Assembly: GCA_043739185.1 (NCBI GenBank) | Contig: JAYUEN010000107.1 | Span: 64,106 to 128,105 of the forward strand | Source of the DNA: Bdellovibrionales bacterium | GTDB taxonomy: Bacteria; Bdellovibrionota; Bdellovibrionia; Bdellovibrionales; JAMPXM01 | DNA: 64,000 nucleotides | Direction: 5' to 3' | In this document: positions 8,172-17,758 of the stretch, in pieces | How positions within the stretch are numbered: position 1 is the first letter of the stretch | How the letters are laid out: each line of letters begins with the position of its first letter | The notes under the pieces: generated by a model | Databases searched by the model: none | What the model was told of the DNA's origin: nothing | What the model saw: only the letters and a program-made list of their open reading frames with translations | Program-made: the position numbers and the translations under genes

Positions 8172-10028
8172 ATGTCAAAAAAAGCGGTGCTCTCGAATGA
8201 TTTTAAGGTCAAAAAGCTCTTCGTAAAAAGCGAAGAGTATTCTCATTTTGAGAAAATAAATGGAACCCACCCACTTCAAAACGAATTGCCCGAGGGTATG
8301 CTTTTGTATCCCGTGCGCAAACTTGAAAAGGGTAAAGTTATTTTTTTCAATTTTGAATTAGCTCGCGAAATGGGTTTGATTTCAAATCAACATCCAAACG
8401 AACTCAATGCAAAGCTTGAAAATATAATTCTCAATAGCTTTTGCCTTCAAATAATTAATGAATACGATCAGGAGCGGCAACGAAGTTTTGATGCTGTTCG
8501 ACTCAAGCCAAATAAATATATGGCGACCCGCTATCTTCAGCTTCAACACAAAAATAAAAAGGGCGCGACCTCTGGCGACGGCCGAAGTATCTGGAATGGC
8601 AGCCTCACTCACAACGGAACCACGTGGGACATCAGCAGTCGCGGCACAGGTGTGACGGCCCTTGCTCCGGGCGCAGTCGAAGCAAATCGCCCCCTAAGAA
8701 CCGGCGAAGAGGAGTTCGGCTATGGCTGCGGCCTAGCTGATCTTGATGAGCTCTACGGTTCTGCAATTATGTCTGAGATTTTTCACCGGCAAGAAATCTC
8801 AACCGAAAGAGTTCTTGCCATCATTGATATCGGGCGCGGCCTAGGCATTGGTGTGCGTGCCGCTCCCAATCTTATTCGTCCGGCCCACTTATTTTTGTAT
8901 CTCAAACAAAATCGTTACGAATCACTCAAGCGTGCAACTGATTATTTCATCAACCGCCAAATTCAAAATGGCAGCTGGAGCCTAGTTAAAAAGTCTGGCC
9001 ACTACTATGATTCTCTCTTGAGCCATTTGGCCCAAGAGTTTGCCCGCTTTTCAGCTCAGCTTGAAAGAAATTATATTTTTCTGTGGATTGATTGGGACGG
9101 CGACAATCTTCTCGCTCACCCGGGAATTATAGACTATGGCAGCGTTCGCCAATTCGGAATTCGACATGATCAATATCGTTATGATGATGTCGATCGCTTT
9201 TCAACCAATCTGAATGAACAAAAGGCCAAGGCTCGCTTCACCGTACAAATTTTTTGCCAATTGGTCGACTATCTAAAAACTAAAAATAAAAAGTCCCTTT
9301 CTCATTTTGCCAATTCTCAAGCTTTACGAAGCTTCGATGCTAGCTTTGAATCTGAGTTGCGACTGGTGTTTTTGAAACAAATCGGCTTGAGTGCCATTGA
9401 TGCAAAAAAAATGTTGGTTCATCGTTCTCGCGAAGTTGAAAATCTTTATCAAGACTATTTGGTGCTTGAAAAAACCAAAACGCATTCTGCAGCTCAGAAG
9501 CTACCCGATGGCATAAATCATCCGGCAATTTTCAATATGCGCGCTTTTTTAAGAGAATACCCGCAGCTCCTAAAGCTTGCTGGGGATTTTACAACTTACG
9601 ATAAAATAAGTCCTGATGAGGTTTTTCAACTTGTTCAAAGTCACTTTGCCACTCGTCGAGACAAGCGCTTTAGTCCGGCCCTGAGAAAGCGAATTTTGAA
9701 AATGCAAAAAACATATTCGAAGCTTCTTCTTTCGGCATGCGGAAATAAGAGCCGCCAAGAGTTTTTAAATGACCTCATCAATCGCTCACTTCAAATCAAT
9801 TTTTCTGGTCGAATCACCGGAAATTCAATTGAGTATCTGGTCGCGGAGGTTTTAAAGGCGCAGAAAAAAAACTGCCGAATAGATGATATTCATGCTGCTC
9901 TTGAAGCCTTTTTCAAAAAGCAAGCGCCGCGATCGATCAAGCGTCATCTGGTAAACTTGAATTCTCCTACAGGGGAGCTCTATCAAAAGCTCTTAGCTCT
10001 TTGTTTGGAGTTCGAAGAAGAGGTTTGA
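8172..10028 (+). CDS. Divergent SelO/YdiU-family (pseudokinase-fold AMPylase-like) protein with long C-terminal extension
   Basis: 618 aa. SGDGRSIWNG...WDISSRGTG, SAIMSEIFHRQEISTERVLAIID, RAAPNLIRPAHL and DWDGDNLL...IIDYGSVRQFG align in order with E. coli YdiU motifs QLGDGR, LKGAG, SEAMHxLGIPTTRAL, RVAPSHLRFGH and NTDN...DYGPFGF. Confidence 0.55.
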   Translation: MSKKAVLSNDFKVKKLFVKSEEYSHFEKINGTHPLQNELPEGMLLYPVRKLEKGKVIFFNFELAREMGLISNQHPNELNAKLENIILNSFCLQIINEYDQERQRSFDAVRLKPNKYMATRYLQLQHKNKKGATSGDGRSIWNGSLTHNGTTWDISSRGTGVTALAPGAVEANRPLRTGEEEFGYGCGLADLDELYGSAIMSEIFHRQEISTERVLAIIDIGRGLGIGVRAAPNLIRPAHLFLYLKQNRYESLKRATDYFINRQIQNGSWSLVKKSGHYYDSLLSHLAQEFARFSAQLERNYIFLWIDWDGDNLLAHPGIIDYGSVRQFGIRHDQYRYDDVDRFSTNLNEQKAKARFTVQIFCQLVDYLKTKNKKSLSHFANSQALRSFDASFESELRLVFLKQIGLSAIDAKKMLVHRSREVENLYQDYLVLEKTKTHSAAQKLPDGINHPAIFNMRAFLREYPQLLKLAGDFTTYDKISPDEVFQLVQSHFATRRDKRFSPALRKRILKMQKTYSKLLLSACGNKSRQEFLNDLINRSLQINFSGRITGNSIEYLVAEVLKAQKKNCRIDDIHAALEAFFKKQAPRSIKRHLVNLNSPTGELYQKLLALCLEFEEEV

Positions 10029-10729
10029 AGTTGCGACAACAAACTCGGCAACCGTGAATTCTTTGATCTGTTCATTTTAGACTGCATCCACTTTCGAATG
10101 AAATCCGTTTCAATAAAGAGTTCAATTTCGTGATCCTTCATGAATTCTTTCCAAGTGATGGGTAACCCGATGGCTTGAAGCTTTTGTACTTGAGTTCGAG
10201 TATCCGTAATGGGCAATAAGTCGTCTTGAAGTCCGTGTGTCAATAGCCAAGGCGTTTGAAAGGCCGACGGGCGCAAAGCCCTTTTCCAGTCTTCGAAAAA
10301 ATAAATGTATCCACTGATCGCGATGATGCCCGCAAAGGCTCGGGGCGCAAACATCGCAAGATCACAGCTCAAAAGTGCACCTTGTGAAAAACCGTAAAGA
10401 AATATCCGATCTGGAGTCCAGCCCAGCGTCGATAATTCAGAAAGCAACTGCAAAAGTTTTGCACGAGATTTTAATATTCCTGCCTTTTGATTTGGCTCAA
10501 AAGCATACCAAGTATAGCCATCATCATAGGCTCGCGGCGCGTTGACCAAGAGATAATTCATTTCAGGAATTTTAAGCTCCCCTTGAATGCTCATAAATGA
10601 ATCTAGGGAGTCGCCACGACCATGCAAAACAATCGTCAGATATTGTTGATCCTGATGAACCGCTGAACTGGCCTTGAGCCAGCAATGCTTCAGCGCTTGA
10701 ATTGCGGGGACGAGATTATTTTGCTTCAT
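9983..10729 (-). CDS. Alpha/beta hydrolase, phospholipase/carboxylesterase family
   Basis: 248 aa. It has the nucleophile elbow GFSQGA, a TWYAFEP-type lid and C-terminal HG..D / DH catalytic-type residues. Its 3' end overlaps the convergent SelO-like gene by 46 nt. Confidence 0.7.
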   Translation of the reverse strand: MKQNNLVPAIQALKHCWLKASSAVHQDQQYLTIVLHGRGDSLDSFMSIQGELKIPEMNYLLVNAPRAYDDGYTWYAFEPNQKAGILKSRAKLLQLLSELSTLGWTPDRIFLYGFSQGALLSCDLAMFAPRAFAGIIAISGYIYFFEDWKRALRPSAFQTPWLLTHGLQDDLLPITDTRTQVQKLQAIGLPITWKEFMKDHEIELFIETDFIRKWMQSKMNRSKNSRLPSLLSQLQTSSSNSKQRAKSF

Positions 10730-10842
10730 TTGATTCCTTTTTCTACCACAGAAAAGGCGATGAATCGAGGCGCAGTTTTCGTCACCGGAAATTTACCACC
10801 GCTGAGCTTGTCAGTTATTCGCGCTTAAGATAGGTTTGGGAT

Positions 10843-11811
10843 ATGATAATTGTAACCGGCGCAAACGGATTCATAGGAAGCGCTCTCGTTTGGGAGCTCA
10901 ATCGTTCTGGCGAGTCGGATATTATTGCGGTCGATAGTATTTCTCTCAGCGAACGCTCTGAATTACTGAAAAATAAAAAAATAAAAAAATTTCTCTTGAA
11001 GGACGAAATTTGGCAATTTTTGCAAGAAACTCCTCCCCATCAAATTAAAGCCATATTTCATATGGGGGCCTGCTCGTCGACGACCGAAATGAATATTGCC
11101 TTTTTAAAAGAGAACAATACCGAATACACCCAGCGGCTTTGGGCCTGGTGTACGGATGCTAAGATCCCCTATGTTTTTGCTTCAAGCGGAGCGGTTTACG
11201 GCGATGGCAGTAAGGGCTTTTCGGATGAGACCGACCCCAATGAATTGAAGCCGCTCAATCCTTACGGCGCCTCAAAGCTAGAGGTTGACCAATGGGTGCT
11301 AAAGCAAAAGAGCACTCCACCAAAATGGTTTGGCCTGCGTTTTTTCAATGTGTATGGGCCCAATGAATATTTTAAAGCCGATATGGCAAGTGTGGTTTTC
11401 AAGGCGTCAAATCAAATTCGCAGTACTTCTGAACTCAAACTCTTTAAATCTCACAATCCAAAATATGCCGATGGCGAGCAGATGCGAGATTTTATTTATG
11501 TCAAAGACATTACCCATTGGCTCCTTGAACTTTTAAGTTGTGATATCAAAAGTGGAATTTACAATATGGGGTTTGGTGTCGCTCGAACTTGGCTTGAGCT
11601 TGCAGAGTGCACTTTTCGCGCAATGAAAACGCCGACCAAAATATCTTGGATCGACATTCCTGAGGACTTGCGGCCACGTTATCAATATTTTACAGAAGCG
11701 AAAATGCAAAAACTATTCAGTGCCGGTCTGTCTCGTCCCAAATGGCCGCTCGAAGCTGGCGTAAGGGATTACGTTGAAAATTATCTAACTAAGGCGAACT
11801 TATCTTTATGA
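10843..11811 (+). CDS. hldD: ADP-L-glycero-D-manno-heptose 6-epimerase
   Basis: 322 aa. MIIVTGANGFIGS, IFHMGACSSTTE, ASSGAVYG, YGASK and FNVYGPNE run colinear with E. coli HldD (RfaD). Confidence 0.88.
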   Translation: MIIVTGANGFIGSALVWELNRSGESDIIAVDSISLSERSELLKNKKIKKFLLKDEIWQFLQETPPHQIKAIFHMGACSSTTEMNIAFLKENNTEYTQRLWAWCTDAKIPYVFASSGAVYGDGSKGFSDETDPNELKPLNPYGASKLEVDQWVLKQKSTPPKWFGLRFFNVYGPNEYFKADMASVVFKASNQIRSTSELKLFKSHNPKYADGEQMRDFIYVKDITHWLLELLSCDIKSGIYNMGFGVARTWLELAECTFRAMKTPTKISWIDIPEDLRPRYQYFTEAKMQKLFSAGLSRPKWPLEAGVRDYVENYLTKANLSL

Positions 11812-13577
11812 AATACGCCTCTGATCTGCCTAAGCATTTGCAAAAATATATCGTGGAGCAAGACTATTCTCGCTACACGCCCCAAGATCATGCCGTATGG
11901 AGAAATATTCTCCGCCAGCTTCATAGTTTCATGACTCTCAATGCACATCCCGTTTACGCTGACGGCATTCGAAAGTCTGGCATTGAAATCGATCGTATTC
12001 CACGGATCGAAACAATCAGTGAACATTTACAAAAATTTGGCTGGCGGGCCCTTGCCGTAAGTGGCTTTATTCCGCCGGCAGCCTTTATGGAATTACAGTC
12101 TTTGGGCTTTTTGCCAATCGCCTGCGATATGCGAAGCCTCGATCACCTCACCTATACCCCGGCTCCCGACATCGTCCATGAGGCCGCAGGACACGCCCCG
12201 ATTCTTATTGACCCTGAGTTTGCCAACTACCTCAAGCGCTATGCAAAGGTGGCAAAAAACGCCATTATCAGTTCTGAAGATTTGAAAATGTACTCGGCTA
12301 TTCGAAAACTTTCTGATTTGAAAGAACATCCGGGATCAACGCCGAAGCAAATTGCGGCGGCAGAAGAGCAGTTGGCTTTAATTAGTAAAAACATAAGCCA
12401 CATTTCAGAAGCGGCACTTTTAGGCCGAATGAATTGGTGGACAGCGGAATATGGTCTGTTTGGCGACCTCCATCAGCCTAAGATTTTTGGCGCGGGACTC
12501 CTCTCGAGTGTTGGCGAGTCACGAAACTGTTTGAGTCCGAAAGTTAAAAAAATCCCTCTAAGCCTCGACTGTATCAACTATTCTTATGATATCACAGAAC
12601 CGCAACCGCAATTATTTGTAACTCCTGATTTCTCTTGCCTACTCAAAGTTTTAGACGAGCTCGCAGAAAGCATGGCCTACCGAACCGGCGGCACCCTTGG
12701 GCTTAACAAAGCTCTCCTTTCAAAAAGCGTCAATACGGTAGAGCTCGATAGCGGAATTCAAATTTCAGGAGAGCTTTCAAAGGTTATTTTAGGTCGCAAA
12801 TTTGAGAAGGAGCATGAGGTCGCCTATTTGAATTTCAAGGGCCCGGTTCAGTTATCTCATATGGCATTCGAGTTGGATGGCCACTCAACCGCACGCCACC
12901 CGCAGGGCTTTGGTTCACCGCTTGGCCTGATAGCGGGCGCGCAGAAAAATCTCACCCGCATGAGCGACGCCGAGTTTGCCAATATCGGACTGAAAACCGG
13001 TGCCCCTTGCAATTTGAAGTTTAATTCAGGCGTAAGCTTGACCGGGGATGCGGTAAAAATTGCGCGCTCAAGTGAGGGCCGTGCACTGCTTGTTACTTTT
13101 AAAAACACATTAGTAAAATTTCAAAATGAAGTACTCTTTAAGCCCGAGTGGGGTGAATATGATATGGCCGTTGGCTCAAGTGTGGTCTCGGTTTTCGGCG
13201 GACCTGCCGATCGTGAGAACTATTCAGTTGAACAGGACTTTGAAGCTAAGCGCGTTCCTGAAAAATTCATGACTGAGGCTCTTCAAACGAAGAATTCACT
13301 TTATCAACTCCTAAGCGATATGCGCTCAATGAAGGTTGTTCCTGATTCAGCAAGTAAAGAACGAATTGAAACAAATTTAAAAAATATTTTTGATATCGTG
13401 CAATCTAACTTTAAAGAGGAGTGGTTGCTTGCTCTTGAAATTCATGAACTTTCACTTAAATTCAAACTTACCAATCTGTCGGCATTGACCTTGGGCGCAC
13501 TCCAAGATTCAAGTTCGAATTCGCCAGAGCTTGCAAGTACCATTGATGATGGAATTAAGCTTGCCGCAAAAATCTGA
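11808..13577 (+). CDS. phhA: Phenylalanine-4-hydroxylase family protein, long form (about 300-aa C-terminal extension)
   Basis: 589 aa. The N-terminal about 290 aa carry aromatic amino acid hydroxylase motifs (HAVW, PDIVHEAAGHAPIL as the His-x4-His iron ligands, WWTAEYGL, GAGLLSS). Its ATG overlaps the hldD stop as ATGA. Confidence 0.8.
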   Translation: MKYASDLPKHLQKYIVEQDYSRYTPQDHAVWRNILRQLHSFMTLNAHPVYADGIRKSGIEIDRIPRIETISEHLQKFGWRALAVSGFIPPAAFMELQSLGFLPIACDMRSLDHLTYTPAPDIVHEAAGHAPILIDPEFANYLKRYAKVAKNAIISSEDLKMYSAIRKLSDLKEHPGSTPKQIAAAEEQLALISKNISHISEAALLGRMNWWTAEYGLFGDLHQPKIFGAGLLSSVGESRNCLSPKVKKIPLSLDCINYSYDITEPQPQLFVTPDFSCLLKVLDELAESMAYRTGGTLGLNKALLSKSVNTVELDSGIQISGELSKVILGRKFEKEHEVAYLNFKGPVQLSHMAFELDGHSTARHPQGFGSPLGLIAGAQKNLTRMSDAEFANIGLKTGAPCNLKFNSGVSLTGDAVKIARSSEGRALLVTFKNTLVKFQNEVLFKPEWGEYDMAVGSSVVSVFGGPADRENYSVEQDFEAKRVPEKFMTEALQTKNSLYQLLSDMRSMKVVPDSASKERIETNLKNIFDIVQSNFKEEWLLALEIHELSLKFKLTNLSALTLGALQDSSSNSPELASTIDDGIKLAAKI

Positions 13578-14346
13578 TTTGTCTCAAACCAGCCAACATA
13601 AAATTCAACTGAGCGTCGTTTTGGTGCGACCAATTTATCCGCGTAATATTGGCATGTGCGCGCGCGCCTTGGCCAATATGGGTGGGGGCGATTTTATTTG
13701 CGTGGCGCCCCAGTGCGAACTGAATGACCAAGCAAAAGAGGGGGCGGCCGGAGCGCAAGAAGCACTTCGCAAAGTTAAAATTTATAAAGGCTTAGAAGAT
13801 CTGTTTATCCACGAACCAGAAGGAATACGCATTGGCCTAAGCGCTCGTGATTTGCGCTCAAAATCCACTGAGTTTCTTGATGAGCGTTTTCGTCTTCTCT
13901 CAGCTCGAGAAAGTCTTAATTTCTCACGGGTCTATTTGTTCTTTGGTCCCGAAGACGATGGTTTATCTCACGCCGACTTAGCTCTTTTTAATCACATTTG
14001 TCGCCTTCCAACCTTTGGTGAATTTACGAGTTTGAATCTCTCCCACGCGGTTCTGCTTTCTTCTTATCTTTTTGGAGCTTCTTTTGGTCGGGCCTCAAGT
14101 TTTGCTCCTAATGACAAAAGCCTCGCCACAACAGCTGATGAAAATCGGCGGCCACATTTTTTTCCTCAAAAAACCATACATGATTGGTTAGAGGTCTTGG
14201 GTTTTAAACTTGAAAATCGCTATGTGAACGCAGAGAAAACTTTGTCCCGCATATTACTTGAGAACGAGCCAACTTACGAAGAGCTCAAAGTTTTAGAATC
14301 TATTTTACAGCAAAACATTCGAAAACTACGAGAGAAAAAGCCTTGA
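13531..14346 (+). CDS. SpoU/TrmH-family RNA 2'-O-methyltransferase (TrmJ-like)
   Basis: VVLVRPIYPRNIGMCARALANMG, FGPEDDGL and LNLSHAV are SPOUT class motifs. The start is uncertain: the track ATG at 13531 overlaps phhA, and an in-frame TTG at 13579 sits just after the phhA stop. Confidence 0.75.
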   Translation: MQVPLMMELSLPQKSDLSQTSQHKIQLSVVLVRPIYPRNIGMCARALANMGGGDFICVAPQCELNDQAKEGAAGAQEALRKVKIYKGLEDLFIHEPEGIRIGLSARDLRSKSTEFLDERFRLLSARESLNFSRVYLFFGPEDDGLSHADLALFNHICRLPTFGEFTSLNLSHAVLLSSYLFGASFGRASSFAPNDKSLATTADENRRPHFFPQKTIHDWLEVLGFKLENRYVNAEKTLSRILLENEPTYEELKVLESILQQNIRKLREKKP

Positions 14347-14368
14347 GCTGATTGGGTGTCCAGCTCAC

Positions 14369-15532
14369 CTAATCTTTCGTTGGCTTGAGACTCAAGTACA
14401 AATCTCTACCTACTTGAAGCGGCTTGGCCTCTCCGAACTCAAGTCGCTCTGCGAGTCTTTCTGAACCAAAACTTTCAGTCCACGCACGCCCATGGGCTCC
14501 GCCAATCAAATTCGGAGCCATAAAGAGATGCAGCCGCTGAAACAATTTCTTTTCTAAAAATCCTGAAAATGTCCCGGCGCCGCCTTCTACAAAAACCGAT
14601 TTAATCTCATTTTGCCAGAGAAGCTCTAGGAGTTGCGCGAGATCTATTTTCCCGGCCGAATCCGCCTTCAGTTTAACAATTTGGGGCCCGCCCTCAATTG
14701 CATCGCCTACTTGAGTCGCAAGAAAAATTTTATTTAGATCTCGGTTTTTTGCCAAATTAGACTGAACTAATTTTGAAATACCTTCGCCCTTGGGATCAAT
14801 CAAGACCACTTTGTTTTGATGTTTTTCAAATCCTGGCAGTCGAATGTTTAAACTCGGATCATCTTCTAAAAAAGTATTTTTACCAATTAGTACGGCATCA
14901 TATTGTGCGCGCAATTCTTGGCCCATTTGGCGCGCTGGCTCTCCTGTGATCCATTTACTTTCGCCAGATTTAAGTCCCAGATAACCATCTAAAGAGGTTG
15001 CAACCTTCAAGGCGACGAAAGTTTTCTGTTGGCGCTGATTATATAAAAAAGCTTCGCAGAGCTCATTTAATTCGGCTTCAATTTCGCGAGAGTGCTCTCT
15101 TGAAAACTCTGACCAGCTCGAACATTTTATACCCGCGGCTCTAATTCTCTCGGCCCCTCGGCCCGAAACTTTTGGATTCGGATCTAAAAGGCCGTAGGTT
15201 ACTTCTTTCAATGGTAGTTTTGCTAATGCCTCTGCGCAGGGTGGCGTTCGGCCAAAGTGCGCGCAGGGTTCAAGCGTTACAAAAAGATGCGCCCCTTTTA
15301 GGCGTGCTGGCTCTGAAATACTCTGAAGGGCCTCAACTTCTGCGTGCGGTCCGCCAATTTTTTTATGATAACCGGTACTTAAAAGCCGGCCTTGTCCATC
15401 TAATATAACACAGCCCACGACGGGATTTGGTGACACCCAACCATGTCCTTTTTTCGCTTCGGCGATGGCAAGCCTCATCGCCTCACTTGGAGAATAGGGC
15501 ACTGAATTTATTTTTTCTGCCATGACTTCCAA
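14369..15532 (-). CDS. ribD: Bifunctional riboflavin biosynthesis deaminase/reductase RibD
   Basis: 387 aa. The deaminase motifs are PNPVVGCVI, HAEVEAL and LEPCAHFGRTPPC, followed by a C-terminal reductase domain (GESKWITG, EGG). The start is 15532 or 15523, and either overlaps the hmgA 3' end. Confidence 0.9.
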   Translation of the reverse strand: MEVMAEKINSVPYSPSEAMRLAIAEAKKGHGWVSPNPVVGCVILDGQGRLLSTGYHKKIGGPHAEVEALQSISEPARLKGAHLFVTLEPCAHFGRTPPCAEALAKLPLKEVTYGLLDPNPKVSGRGAERIRAAGIKCSSWSEFSREHSREIEAELNELCEAFLYNQRQQKTFVALKVATSLDGYLGLKSGESKWITGEPARQMGQELRAQYDAVLIGKNTFLEDDPSLNIRLPGFEKHQNKVVLIDPKGEGISKLVQSNLAKNRDLNKIFLATQVGDAIEGGPQIVKLKADSAGKIDLAQLLELLWQNEIKSVFVEGGAGTFSGFLEKKLFQRLHLFMAPNLIGGAHGRAWTESFGSERLAERLEFGEAKPLQVGRDLYLSLKPTKD

Positions 15533-16617
15533 TAATCGGTCAGCTCAATTTTTTCGAGCGCAGGGTCGCGCATCAGTGGCCAGCGCGCATCTACCATAAC
15601 AGCATACTCATCTGTATGTGTACGGGTAGCGGCCTTGCCAATCGCTTTTGGATGCGGCCCGTGAGGAAATCCTACCGGATGAAAGCTCATCATCCCCGCA
15701 TGCAAATTGTCGCGACTGAAAAAGTCTCCTGCATGATAAAAAATCATTTCGTCGTAATCCATATTCTGATGATAAAAGGGCACCTTCAAGGCATCTGAAT
15801 CTTCTTCAAGCGGCCGAGGGCAAAACGTGCAGATTACAAAATTATTGGCTACGAATGTCGAATGAACACTTGGGGGCAAATGGGCGCGATGACTCATCAC
15901 AGGCATAAGGTGTTCGATATGCAGTGTATAGGGAAATAAATCTCCCTTCCATCCGGTGACATCAAAGATCGAGGCATCATAAGAAATCTTTGTCATTTCC
16001 TCGCCGTGTTTAATGTGAATCTCTCTAATATCTATTTTTTTCTCAAACAAAAATTGATTGAGCTCATCTAAGTTTGGCGTACCAAGAGCATTGATGTCCC
16101 AAGGAATATGGCGCCCTAAAATACCACGGTCAGGCTCGCGATAATGACTCGACCGGCTTTCAATTACCAAAAACTCAGAGCTCTCATTTAGAATAAAACT
16201 ATGGGTTATACACTTTTGAATATTGATATAGGTTCCGGCATTGAACTTCAAAAGGCCATACTCGGTTAATACGACGCCGCTGCCTTTGTGACAAAAATAC
16301 ATCCAATCGCCATCGGCATTTCGCAAGGCCTTTGGCGTTTGTGACGGCTTCATCCAGGCATAAGATATAGTAACGTCATTATTAAAAAGGAGCCTCTTTC
16401 GACAATCATCTGCGCTTTCGTGAGGCAATTTGATCACATCAAACATTCGTGGCTTGAGATTGCCTTCAATGTTTGTCCAACGAGTGCTGGGCTTTTCTTT
16501 TATCAGATGAGAAACCGGACCAAAAAAGCCGCCCTGACCCTGCTCTTCTTCAAACTGTCCCTCAGGAATTCCTTTGTGGGCTTGTCGCGTCGGCGCCCCT
16601 TGTTTGAAGTGATACAT
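15508..16617 (-). CDS. hmgA: Homogentisate 1,2-dioxygenase (short form)
   Basis: I start it at MYHFKQG (16617), 1 nt after the hppD stop. It has cupin-type HGD motifs, and hppD lies directly upstream. The track ORF extends to 16695 inside hppD. Confidence 0.75.
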   Translation of the reverse strand: MYHFKQGAPTRQAHKGIPEGQFEEEQGQGGFFGPVSHLIKEKPSTRWTNIEGNLKPRMFDVIKLPHESADDCRKRLLFNNDVTISYAWMKPSQTPKALRNADGDWMYFCHKGSGVVLTEYGLLKFNAGTYINIQKCITHSFILNESSEFLVIESRSSHYREPDRGILGRHIPWDINALGTPNLDELNQFLFEKKIDIREIHIKHGEEMTKISYDASIFDVTGWKGDLFPYTLHIEHLMPVMSHRAHLPPSVHSTFVANNFVICTFCPRPLEEDSDALKVPFYHQNMDYDEMIFYHAGDFFSRDNLHAGMMSFHPVGFPHGPHPKAIGKAATRTHTDEYAVMVDARWPLMRDPALEKIELTDYWKSWQKK

Positions 16618-16618
16618 T

Positions 16619-17692
16619 TTAGAGTACCCCTCTTTTTGCCTGATCGGCCTCCATGGCATCAAACAAAGCTTGAAAATTTCCGTCTCCAAAGCCATCGTGT
16701 CCGCGCCGCTGAATCAGTTCAATAAAGATCGGACCAAATTGATTTTTTGTGAATAGCTGTAAAAGATAGCCTTCTTTGTCTCCGTCGGCCAAAATCGCAA
16801 GCCTTCTCAGCTCAGATAAATTTTCTTTCATATTGGGTAGGCGCGCCGGAAGCATCTCGTAATAGGTATCGGTCGGACGATCTAGAAACTCAACTCCGAC
16901 TTTGTTTAAGGCCTCAACTTCGCGACAAATATTTTCGGTTAAAAAGGCCACGTGCTGAATGCCCGAGCCTTTGTATTCGTCTAAATACTCTTGTATTTGC
17001 GACATACCTTCGGTGGGCTCGTTAATGGGAATCGAATACTTTTGACATGGTGACCGCATCACCTTCGACAACAGCCCGGTCTTTTTTCCTCGAATATCAA
17101 AAAACCTTTGCTCTTTAAATCCAAAAACCTTTTCATAAAAATCACACCACTTTTGCATCTCTCCTTTGGGAACATTGTTGGTGAGATGATCTATAACAAT
17201 TAGATTCTTGCCCGAAGGATAATGCTGCTCGGAAGTGAATTCAAATTTTTGGTAAATGTCTCCGCGATCAAAGCTCGGCGTGCCTGTCGGCGAAGGCGTA
17301 TATTGATCTACGAAGTAGACCAAGGAGTCTCCAATTCCGAAAATTGCTGGGAGATTCCAAGCAGAGGCATTTTCATTACCCGCAAATGGGCGGGCGCCAC
17401 GCTTAACCGCAAGTTCAAATGCGAGCATCGCATTTTTCACTCGCATTCCCATTCCACAAATAGAGGGGCCATGCATTTTCTTAAACTCAGAAGCAAACGA
17501 ATTCTCAGTTTGGTTGATCACCATATGAATATCATTTTGACGAAACAATTTAAGGGCTAAGCTTTTATGATGTGCGACTTCGGTCATTCCGAACTGCTGA
17601 AACTTTTTTATTAAATATTTTTCGTCGTGCGCGCAAAACTCTAAAAATTCAATGCCATCTAGTCCAAGTGGATTTTCCATTAATACCCCCAA
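16619..17692 (-). CDS. hppD: 4-hydroxyphenylpyruvate dioxygenase
   Basis: 357 aa. It carries GIQHVAF and the diagnostic C-terminus IELIQRRGHDGFGDGNFQALFDAMEADQAKRG. Confidence 0.9.
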   Translation of the reverse strand: MGVLMENPLGLDGIEFLEFCAHDEKYLIKKFQQFGMTEVAHHKSLALKLFRQNDIHMVINQTENSFASEFKKMHGPSICGMGMRVKNAMLAFELAVKRGARPFAGNENASAWNLPAIFGIGDSLVYFVDQYTPSPTGTPSFDRGDIYQKFEFTSEQHYPSGKNLIVIDHLTNNVPKGEMQKWCDFYEKVFGFKEQRFFDIRGKKTGLLSKVMRSPCQKYSIPINEPTEGMSQIQEYLDEYKGSGIQHVAFLTENICREVEALNKVGVEFLDRPTDTYYEMLPARLPNMKENLSELRRLAILADGDKEGYLLQLFTKNQFGPIFIELIQRRGHDGFGDGNFQALFDAMEADQAKRGVL

Positions 17693-17758
17693 TAATCGCC
17701 AGTTTCGGTCTATTTATACTCTTTGCGTTTGGCCCTGACAAGGCTCAGCGCTGGGCGG

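Noticed and set aside
15508-16695. Longest-ORF N-terminal extensions of hmgA (to 16695), fxsA (6028), sdhB (42905), sdhA (44805), atpE (56478), atpI (57900), uvrA (53365), the lipoprotein (24829) and the TPR lipoprotein (59018)
   Set aside because: Each extension runs into the preceding gene. Each has an internal start with a better ribosome-binding site, a better signal sequence, or the expected conserved N-terminus. I used the shorter models.
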